DNA of 64,000 nucleotides. Source: Octopus sinensis. Lineage: Eukaryota. Every line of letters starts with the position of its first letter. Position 1 is the first letter of the stretch. Under the pieces are notes generated by a model. The model saw nothing but the letters and a program-made list of their open reading frames with translations, searched no databases and was not told the origin of the DNA. The stretch lies in assembly GCF_006345805.1 (NCBI RefSeq), contig NC_043014.1, positions 54,870,001 to 54,934,000 of the forward strand. Direction: 5' to 3'. The position numbers and the translations under genes are program-made. Shown here one piece after another: positions 51,007-64,000 of this stretch.

Positions 51007-53344
51007 ATCCACATACAGGAAGGAGCTGCATTGAAATGAAATAAAAAAAAAAATAGTATTTCGAAATGAACTTAGAAATTACGAGTACCAAATATAACGA
51101 AAAGAAACAGCAATTGTTGACCAGCTTTTGTATTGTAATCGCTCAAATAGGAAAGCGTTATTCTTGCTCCTTTGACCTCGTATTAAAATTCTTTGCTGCA
51201 GTTATGTCCATGATTTAATGTCCACCGCATTTCCTATCTTCAAATTTTCTTATCATCATTGTTGTACAGATTAAGAGATAATGTAACATGATCAAAACTT
51301 TCCAGTATTCTTCTGCTGTATTTTTGAGCCTAGATTCCGAAGTTTGTGGACGTGGCGGAAAGAGAAGACTTCAATCGCTAATACCTTTTTAACTAACGGA
51401 TTTCTTTTTCTTGATAAATGAATGTATTTTGCATTTTTTAAAGGTTTACTGATTTTTAAAGGGAAACCTAATCTGGAAGTGAGCTTTGTTATCAGTACCG
51501 GCGAATTAAGGATAAAGTTCATCTAATCTTTATAATGTTGAGCGACATATAAAATTAAAGATTACGCCCTGGGTGATTGTGGCATGTTTTAAATCTTAGA
51601 AAGTAGTGATACAGTGGAGCAAGTGGGAGTTTTTCGTCCCTTTTTTTATCATCTTGCTTGCTCTAATCTCAGGAACTTTTCCTTATTCGTTTCGTCCGCT
51701 TGAATATGGAGAGTAAGGAGTTATTCCAGACTTATGAATTTGCTATGGTAGTTGACTCTAACTCCATTTTCTGATCTCATATAAATCACGAGTTTATCAT
51801 TTTAGTCAATCAAAAGTCATTCCTCACGTAATAAGTTCTAGAATTTTCTTTTAGCGACAGACAGCTTTATAAACTGACACTTTTAGCACGAAAAGACAAA
51901 GGGAATTGGTACTCCGTTCATTACGGTTCTCGGTGAATTCTTCTCTCAAAGCTGTTCTCACAGCTTCATACTCAAACTCGCGCAATTCTCCCAATAGCTG
52001 TTTTCACAGCTCTATATTCAACTCGGAGATGGCTGAAGAAGCAACGCATTTGTATGTATTGCAGTGATGTACAAGATCAGCCTAATCATCAATTATCTAT
52101 CGAAACACGATGTTCATATAAGGTGGTATTTTCACGAAGCCTTGTTAAAAAACGTAGCAATGAATGTTATACATAAACTGGCACCAAGTCTTTGTCATAA
52201 CCAACGCTACGATGCCACCTATTTTTAAAATACTATCATTCACTATTATATTGCTCTGCCGCAGTCATTTATGAACAAAGCTTGGAGCGCCGAATAAGGC
52301 GGATTACGAGGAGAGACGCAAGGATTTGCTATTCTTCAGTCAAATGCGAAATGGTAAACTCATAAAATATTGCCAAAATCTTAAAGTTGCTCATTTTTAT
52401 AACTGGTTTTAGTCCTAATAAATCCAGTGACAGTCACTGCCAAGATTTTATTGTTTGTATAAGCTGACCACTTGTAATTTTGATGACGAGCTTGGCACAA
52501 AATATCGTACGATCTTCTTTCTAACGTTTGTTCTGAATTAAACTATTACTACTGGATGTTTTTCATGTAAACACTTTGTCTCTCTCAGCCCAGGTTTCTT
52601 GTCTTTTCATGAATTTTCTTTGTTATATCCGTTTATCATTTAACATAAGTTCAAATTGCAACCACATTCTCTTTTCCTGAAAAGTGTTCTGTTATATTTC
52701 ATAAGAGAAGTCGAGAGAGCTGAAAGCTACAGTCTCCAGCAACATACTTCAGCATTTTTAATAATAGATTTGGGTCGATTTTAAAATAAGAAAACTATTA
52801 AAAGTGGATCTGTGAACAGGTTTTAATTTTTGTGCTAAGAGTGAGTGTTGCAATTTTTTCCGCCTGATTTGATTGAAGAGAAGCAAACTGGTTGTCTATT
52901 TTCTATGAGGACTGAATCATAGAATGCCCATAAACAGTCATGAAGCAGATATTGGAGAAGATAACGAAGGGGTATCTCACAGTTTCTGTATCGCTTCAAG
53001 GCCGGGAAAACTCCGATGCTGTTTGGCATTAAACAATGGTGCTGCAATTTCAACAGAGCCTTATTTTGAATCCATTTCCATTAATACACAATGAAATAGT
53101 CAAGGTCCCTGGATTCTCCTGACACAGGAATCCCAATGGAGGATGCAACCTGTCAGGGTCGGACAGCGTTTTGCATTTTCTAAAAATGTGAGCCAAGAAT
53201 AATTACTCTGTCAAATTGAATTAATTTCTTTTTAAAATTGAGTAAGAACACTTATCTCTTGGGTACTTTTGAGGAAGAATTTGCAAAATTTCATCATGAA
53301 TCCTTTTTTACTCACACACGTATTCGTGTGTGTGTGTGTGTGAG

Positions 53345-53536
53345 CGTGGGTGTGTGGAAAGATGATTACTTCCCAACCACATAATTCCGAGTTCAGTCCG
53401 ACTGCGTGACAGCCTCAGCAAGTCTCTTCCACTATAGCCTCAAGCCAACGAAAACCTTGTCATATATACACACACATACATACACATACATACATATATA
53501 TATATACACACACACACATATATATATACATACATG

Positions 53537-53578
<42 letters not shown>

Positions 53579-53870
53579 ATATAATATATATATATATATA
53601 ATATATATATATACGACGGGCTTCTTTCAGTTTCTAACAAATCCACTCATATATATGTGTGTGTGTGTGTCCCACTACCGCTTGACAACAGGTTTGGTGT
53701 GATTATGGCTGTGTGACTAAGCAGTTCGGCAAAACAGACCAAAAGAATATCAGACTTGAGAAAAAAAGCAAAAAAAAAAAGCACTGAGGTCGATTCCTGC
53801 GACTAAAATTCTTCAAGACGTTGCCCCAGCATGGCCGCAGTCTAATGACTGAAACATCTAAAACATAAAA
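53345..53870 (+). mobile_element. SINE family A, degenerate, with an expanded internal microsatellite
   Basis: Family body interrupted by ~150 bp of (CATA)/(TA) repeats. Confidence 0.75.
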
Positions 53871-54071
53871 TACACGCACTTCCGTCTACCAAGTTCACTC
53901 ATAGGGAATTGGTCGACTCGAGGTTACAGAAGACGTCCAAGGTGCTCGGATCGGGATTGAACGCGAAACTGCGGTTACAAAACGTGTCCTTTAGTCACAC
54001 AGCAATGCCAGTTCCTGGGATAAAATTCTGTCTCTATCTATACATAAATAATGAAAAAAAAAATACCCCTA

Positions 54072-54143
54072 TGGAGATGCCGGGGATCGAACCCGGGGCC
54101 TTTCACATGCAAAGCGAACGCTCTACCACTGAGCCACATCCCC
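54072..54143 (-). tRNA. tRNA-Ala(TGC), G9 variant
   Basis: Body identical to the 50935 copy, with an oligo-T terminator. Confidence 0.96.
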
Positions 54144-55014
54144 ATCTACATTTAAGCGTTTCTAATTAGCAAGTTTATTCGAAATTTTTGTTCTTGCCAA
54201 GTTTAGACAAGATTCATATTCGTTTAAAATTAGTTTCATGTTGCTTTATTCAAATAAATTTTCTCAAATTTCCATAAAGGATTCGAGAAATACTTGTTGC
54301 TACGCTTGCTCTTGGCAGTTGTGAATATTATCAATATATATATATGTCTTATATATAGAATTTCCTTTATATTTCTTTTATAATTCAATAACTTTACCCA
54401 CTTAGCTCTCTCTCTTATATCCACGTAAACAGATCCATGTGTATTAAGAGGTGTTTCATGCTTTTCTCTTAGCTTCTACTGTCGACTCGAAGCGTTACTT
54501 GTGAACCTTGAAGTGGGGCATAAGCTAACTGGCCAAATAGACCCTACAAAATTGTGATCTCTTCGGAGGTACATCTGTATGAAAAACTAAGGGGCTCACC
54601 AAAGCTACACTTTATTCGCACACACACACAAAGATCGTACAAGAAACACGCTTCTTCGTGGTTATTATTAAACTCGGTGTTTATTTCAGTAGGTTTAAGT
54701 GCCAAGCAGTATAATCATTTGATTATACCACAGCAAAGGCGTCAGAAAATAATAGCCATTTGGTATTTATTCCAGTTCGCTATGATCTGAGTTCAAATCC
54801 CACCAAACTCAAGTTGGCATTTTATCCTTAACTTTTCGGGGTTGGTTAAAATAAGGTACGAGTCAAGTAGTAGGACTGATGTTACCAACAGATCCTCTTC
54901 TTTCAAAACTACTCGTCATCTGACTAAATTAGAAACATTATCGGGAAGACAGAATAAAGTTTACTTCTTTTTGTATCTGGTTCGCTAGATTTTTTATGTG
55001 AATTCTGGGGGAGG

Positions 55015-55345
55015 AGACCAGTCGATTAGAACGACCCAGTATGCAACTGGTACTTAATTTATCGACCCCGAAGGGATGAAAGGCAAAGTCGACCTCGGCG
55101 GATTTTGAACTCAGAACGTAACAGCAGACGAAATACCTATTTCTTTACTACCCACAAGGGGCTAAACACAGAGGGGACGAACAAGGATAGACAAAGGGAT
55201 TAAGTCGATTATATCGACCCCAGTGCGAAACTGGTACTTATTTAATCGACCCCGAAAGGATGACAGGCAAAGTCGACCTCGGCGGAATTTGAACTCAGAA
55301 CGTAACGGCAGACGAAATACCGCCGAGCATTTCGCCCGGCGTTTC
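55015..55345 (-). mobile_element. SINE family E, tandem partial dimer
   Basis: The same domain occurs twice, then a tRNA-like head. Single degenerate copies at ~25285-25400, 26850-27010, 47100-47270, 54780-54900 and 57580-57720. Confidence 0.8.
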
Positions 55346-55524
55346 TGCCGGCTCGATGCCTTAATTACAGCAATAATATTATTAGCAAAATGACACCCAC
55401 CCACCCCAGCAAGGCAGAACAAAATAAGGGTTGCTTCCACTTCTTTCTTCCCTGTGGTGATCAACAAGTTGGAAAACGTCTCAATTTTATTAAATAATTT
55501 CAATTTGGTATATCTACGCAGGTG

Positions 55525-57110
55525 TCGGCCCCTCCCCATTTCACTCGGTTCCGTTTCTGTATAATTTTCGGAAAGATGGAGATCTTTTGATGAAATTTTC
55601 TACATATTCTTTTATTCTTTTACTTGTTTCAGTCATTTGACTGCGGCCATGCTGGAGCACCGCCTTTAGTCGAGCAAATCGACCCCCCAGGACTTATTCT
55701 TTGTAAGCCTAGTACTTATTCTATCGGAGACTTTTGTCGAACCGCTAAGTTACGGAGACATAATCGCACCAGCATCGGTTGTCAAGCGATAAAGAAATTT
55801 CTGGGGAAAATGTTTTCCGAAGGGGTAGGGAGAGGATTTCGGAAAATTCACACGATCCGTTTTTTTTTTTCCTCATAATTTTCAGGAAAATGAATATCTT
55901 TTAGTGAAATTTTACAGAAACCCCTTTCAAATAGCATAGATTACGATTATAAGGAAATTTGTGGGGAAAATGTTTTCCGAAGGAGTGGGGGGGAGAGGAC
56001 TGTCGGAAAGTTCACATGATCCGTTTTCCCTCCTCATAACTCTTAGGATCTAGTTTAGCGCCCAGTCACCAAAACGAAAAGAACAATCCTGTCTGATAGG
56101 TGTAAAAAAACGTGTAGAAAGCGAATATGAAATCAAAAATTTGCGCAAACATATATGGACCTAGCATCGTCTTGGTTGGTAATTATTTGACAGCAACGAT
56201 TCGAGGGAGGAAAGTGCAACTTGGCTGCCTCTATGAAGAACTTGTGCAGCAGACTTTCTTCATGTTGAGAAGTTATAAATAAATATCTTGCAAGATATTG
56301 TTGCAGATGTAAAATTTCATTAGAAGAAATCCATTTTCTTGAAAGTTATGAGGGAAAAAATCGGATTGTGTGAATTTTCCGACAGTCCTCTCCACCCACT
56401 CCTTCGGAAAACATTTTCCCCACAAGTTTCCTTATAATTGTAATCTATGTTGTTTGAAAGGGGTATCTGTAAATTTTCACTAAAAGATATCCATTTTCCT
56501 GAAAGTTATGAGGGAAAAAATCGGATCGTGTGAATTTTCCGAAAGTCCCCTACACCAACAATTTTTTGTTTTCTTATTCGTTTACTACACGCTTTTTTCA
56601 CCTATTAGACTGATCTTATTCAGTTTTGGTGACTGGGCGCTAAACTGGATCCTGAAAGTCATAAGGGAAGAAAACGGATCATATGAACTTTCCGATAGTC
56701 CTCTCCCCCCACTCCTTCGGAAAACATTTTCCCCACAAATTTCTTTATAATCGTAGTCTATGCTGTTTGAAAGGTGTTTCTGTAAAATTCCATTAAAAGA
56801 TATTCATTTTCCTGAAAGTTATGAGGGGAAAGAAACGGATCGTGTGAATTTTCCGAAATCCTCTCCCTGCCCCTTCGGAAAACCTTTTCCCCAGAAATTT
56901 CTTTATAATCGTAATTTGTGCTGTTTGAACGGTATTTCTATAAAATTTCATCAACATATATTCACTTTCCTGAAAGTTATGAGGGAAAAAAATCGGATCT
57001 TGTGAATTTTCCGAAAGTCCTCTCTTTCCCACTCCACTCCGTTGGTTTGCGCAAATTTTTTTTTTTCATATTCGTTTTCTACAAATGTTTTTACACTTGG
57101 GCTGTTTTTT
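55525..57110. repeat. Inverted array of a ~160-bp unit plus a ~110-bp tail (foldback-like)
   Basis: The unit ggggaaaatgttttccgaagg... recurs at 55803 and 55963. Its reverse complement recurs at ~56331, 56490, ~56800 and ~56960. The tail at 56040-56150 is inverted at 56550-56660 and partly at 57040-57100. Confidence 0.85.
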
Positions 57111-58399
57111 TTTTGTTCTTGTTTTCGTAACTGGGGCTTAAACTGTATATTGACCCGAATTTCTACAATTAAAAATATTTGATACCGTCTTGAAAACCCT
57201 ATGTGCGTACATTTCCTTCTTTTGTGCGCGCGCACAAGCGCACGGCTTAGCGAGAACATTTGTCGTCAAGAGAAAAGGTTTAAAGGTTACATCTTATATA
57301 ATTCTATACTCACATTCTATAGAGAAAACCAAAGAGAAAACCTCATACGACGCCCTATAATCTTAAAACAAGGAAGGACGAAGTAGGAAAACATTTATCA
57401 CAGGTCAGCTAAATGAGTCTTGACCCGAATCCTGTTTAACCCCAGGTCAGCTCTGGTCGAGCAGGTGTATAATCAAAGGCTTTCCAGCCGTGACTATGTT
57501 ATCCTCTAATATACATCTCGGATTACATTCCGTACTGCGTCGGTTCCTTCTTCTCGGACAGTAGGGTGAGATACGGGAAAATTTAGCTGCTATTTCTAGG
57601 AAGCCCATCGTTGCATAAAATGCTTCATTTATACCAATATTTTGAGTTCAAATCGTGTTGAAGTCATCTCCTCCTTTCATCCTTTCGGGGTTGAATCCAG
57701 GGACTGTAAGAACGTCGGATCAAATGCGTCTGTTTGTTTCGACTCTTTGCGTTCCGAGATCAAATCCCGGCATAGCCTACTTGATGGTAAAATAGGTTTA
57801 CTATTACTGCCTCGCTCCTAGGGTACCGTTAGTGGAGCCCAGTCTATTGCGAACATTAAGGCACGGTCCCCGGTTTGAACGACATCTCCCTCCTTCCCGT
57901 CCACCAGTCTCCGAAGCCCTGCAACGGGTTATATATCACTGCCCTGAAAAAGAAATGAAGATCTCATGTGCACCGGCTTCGTTTCGCCGACGCCCGAATT
58001 GCAGTTTTGCCGCCTTCCACAACTTCCTCTGCTAAACAAATAACACACAATGTCCTGCGTACTTTTAAGCACGGGGTGTTTTACTTTTTTGCTTTAAATC
58101 TCGTTTATTGGTCGCATTTTTTGGTGGAATTTGAATTATTTCAACTCGGGATTCATATCAACTATAAATGCTCTTACTGTTTTGTTAAAATCAAAATATA
58201 ACGACTGGAATATACTTGGGAGTCCTAATTAAATGTGTCAGTGTCACACTTTTAAAATTTGTTTCCCATGTGGTGCAAAAAGAATATCGCTTGTTATTTC
58301 GTTACCCTGGAAGGGGTGAAATGTACTAAAGCTGAAGTTTATATATATAAAATCCTATTCCTTTAGAATATATTACTTTTTTATTTACCAAACATACAA

Positions 58400-58794
58400 T
58401 ACTCTTTTTTTTACTCTTTTACTTGTTTCAGTCATTTGACTGCGGCCATGCTGGAGCACCGCCTTTAGTCGAGCAAATCGACCCCGGAACTTATTCTTTG
58501 TAAGCCCAGTACTTATTCTATCGGTCTGTTTTGCCGAACCGCTAAGTGACGGGGACGTAAACACACCAGCATCGGTTGTCAAGCAATGTTAGGGGGACAA
58601 ACACAGACACACACACACATATATATATATACATATATACGACAGGCTTCTTTCAGTTTCCGTCTACCAAATCCACTCACAAGGCATTGGTCGGCCCGGG
58701 GCTATAGCAGAAGACACTTGCCCAAGATGCCACGCAGTGGGACTGAACCCGGAACCATGTGGTTGGTAAGCAAGCTACTTACCACATAGCCACT
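58400..58794 (-). mobile_element. SINE family A, young subfamily
   Basis: Reverse complement of the family; shares diagnostic changes with 36392-36780. Confidence 0.9.
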
Positions 58795-59482
58795 TTTCAT
58801 ATATGAAACATTCGAGTAACGACAAAACGAAGAAGAAAAAAAACTTGGTAACACTGTAAACTTTGAAGTTGCTAAAACATATTTTAGCCATTATAAAAAC
58901 GAAATAATTTAAAGTTCCAGATTTTATATAAACTTCTTGTGTTGTTGATGTTGTTTCTTACACAAAGTTTGTCCTGTTAAACCTGGGAGATAAAAGTATT
59001 AAAGAAGCTTAAGAGAACACGAATTTTTTAAAGTGATAATGGCTTTTAACCTGCACTACAACAATACAGCTATAACATTAATATATAAACTAGATAAATC
59101 TAAGTATTTACAAGCAGTTGATTATATTAAGATATCTTATAGATAAATAGATATGAAGTGCAATAACGGAAAGCTTTCTCTCACGTTATTTTATTTTATC
59201 TGTCCGCTTTACTTATCGTGTGAACAAGTTCTAGTATCTATTACATTCCACCACTATATAAGGTGATCGGTGACTTTTAGCTACGCCCTGCCCTTAATCC
59301 TTAACGTTTGCTATATAGCTATGATTTTCATTTACATGTACGTATCTATAACTATATATTATACACACATTTACGTGTGTATATAAGGAAGCACCCATCT
59401 ATCTATCCATCTATAAAAGAAAAGCTCTACCTTGTAACTTGTCCCATCTGTCTGCAGCCCTGTGTGGCCAATAAAGAAACTT

Positions 59483-59656
<174 letters not shown>

Positions 59657-60429
59657 TACATACATACACATACACTATTAATTTTTTTATTATAGTATTT
59701 ATTTTATCTGTAAAAATGTTTATTTCGGATTACAATAAAGAATAGTATTCGTAACACAAGAAAGTTTGTGGTGATATATACAAATGAATTTCTTAAAATA
59801 TAAAAAAATATCTGTAATTTCTTTTCTAATAATTATTCTCTTTAATTGATTCTTTTAAACGAATCTCAGCAGAGTTATTGAATTGCTGTCGGTACTTTAT
59901 AGGGAAAGAAAAAGGTGAAGAATTCGGTAGGTTCTTTTCCCTTTCGTTTTTTGTTTTTTCTCTTAGTTTTCTTGTATTTAATGCAGTGGGAAATTTAGTT
60001 CTCAAAATAATTTTACTGAATCAATGACAACTAAATAGAAATGAACCAGTTAGATCACATTGTGGCGCCAAAATTCACCTTGCCTTATATTGTTGCCACC
60101 TTTTATTTTTAATTGCATTTCATCGTGTTTTCATAATTCTAAATGTGTGCACCTTGAAATTTTACAGACTGTTCTATTATATTATAGTCAATATTTCAAA
60201 GTGCAAATAATAGAAATAGAAAACATAGGAATCCCGCCAAGAGATAAGCGAGAATAAATACGCTGACGAACACACGTTGAAAGTTTATAAAGTGATATCC
60301 AAGCCGAACACTTCACTTTTCATTTGTTCTCATAAACTTCAGGCACTTTTAAAGTGCATTGTTTATACACACGATAAAATAATTGTCATAGATTTTACCA
60401 TAAAACAATTTCCACGGAGAGTTTATTCA

Positions 60430-60510
60430 GAGAGGAAGTCAAGATGGCCAAACCGCCAGATGACGTCATGGGGTATAATTAGCCACATTAAATGATAGCA
60501 GACACGTGGG
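60430..60510 (+). promoter_or_regulatory. Candidate promoter with clustered ETS, YY1, CRE and E-box motifs
   Basis: GGAAGT 60434-60439, CAAGATGGCC 60440-60449, perfect TGACGTCA 60461-60468 and CACGTG 60503-60508. Confidence 0.4.
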
Positions 60511-61361
60511 CTGGGGTTCTGCTAAACTTTTCTTACCCAACCTACCCGAACAGCTTGTCAACTTCGTATCAAGCCGGGTGGTACTTTTTATAATTGATGT
60601 TTGTAGTCACAGGTCAACCCGGGTAGGGTAGACGTGATTAAAAGCGTTCCAGCTATGATCATCCCTTCTTATTTTCAGACAATTCGACTGCATTCTTTCA
60701 CCCCTCAGCTGGTAGGATGGAGTTTGAAGACAATTTTTTTTTCTCGCTGCTCGAGCGAACACGCAGGCTCTCCCACGTTGAGTCACTTTAAAAGAGAATT
60801 GTAGACACGTGGGATAGATTTCTATCGAATGAGACCTCACCTATCATCGCTCCTGTCAAAGTCTCAATCGAACCGGCAACAAATGTTATCCTCTCTCACC
60901 GATTAGTCTGATAAAAGGCTTTCCAGTCGAGACCGTTCCATCCTTTTTTCGAGCAAAGTATTATGTAAGGCCGCATAAACCGATGCTTCTTTTCTTTCTT
61001 TTTTTAAAAGTGTTTTGTGATATAAAATGACATATAGCTGCTATTTCTAGCAGACCGAAAGACCCTCATAAAGTCCTCACTTCGCTGTCTCTTGATTAGT
61101 GGTTTTATTTGACTTATAGAAACTGCTGAAATTAGCGGAGACCCTTGTTTTAAGATCTAATTATAATAATTATTAAAAAAATAACTCTGATATTGCTGTT
61201 AAGGACTTGTAAAATATCAGAGAAATTAAATTCGAGAGAACAAAAGTACCGGCCGGCAGACTGGCATGCCGGGAACGAATTCAGTCGTAACTTCGACTTG
61301 TGATTCACACACATGCACACCTACACACCCACACATACACGGCTTTTCACTCAGGATAGCT

Positions 61362-63583
<2,222 letters not shown>

Positions 63584-64000
63584 ATCATCATCATTCAACG
63601 TCCACTTTTCCATGTAGAGGTAAATTTTTCCACGGCCGGACACCCCTTCTTATTGCCAACCTTCACTTGTTTCTAAGCAAAGTAATGTGTCACCGTAGAA
63701 GACAGGAAACGAACAACACCGCATGTACAACAGTGATGCTCATTTACAATCATCATATGATGCAAGGGTTTACATTAACGTACACACACATACCAGTTAC
63801 GTATACGACGGACTTCATTCAGTTCCTGTCTCTCAAATCCATTCACAGGGCCTCAGGATATAATAGAAGACACCCGCACAAGGTGCCGTGCAGTAGGACT
63901 GCACCGAAGACCCTATGGTTGGGAATCAAGATTCTTGACCACACAGCCTTGCCTACACACACACATACACAAATATGTATGTATATCCAGAGTGTTCGAG

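Overview
AT-rich, repeat-dense animal genomic DNA. The SINE families, (TA)n/(TCTA)n microsatellites and MITEs look like Octopus (coleoid cephalopod); that assignment is from remembered sequence, not a search. Firm features: an intronless eIF5A CDS with the hypusination motif (13760-14230, +) and five minus-strand tRNA-Ala genes between 42.8 and 54.1 kb (four TGC, one CGC). Three small + strand exons that the ORF track misses (6441-6482, 10014-10115, 11120-11160) splice in frame into the C-terminus of an unidentified protein. The rest is mostly at least five SINE-like families, RTE, Penelope, mariner and Helitron-like remnants, TTAA-flanked and hAT-type MITEs, a foldback-like inverted satellite (55.5-57.1 kb) and a ~1.1-kb tandem duplication (61.4-63.6 kb). 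Most ORFs in the track are spurious readings of repeats. I found no clearly new multi-gene system. The best leads are the tRNA-Ala array with an apparent in situ anticodon switch, the hidden spliced gene whose frame-preserving exon is bracketed by inverted SINEs, and a retroposon with a variable-number tandem head.
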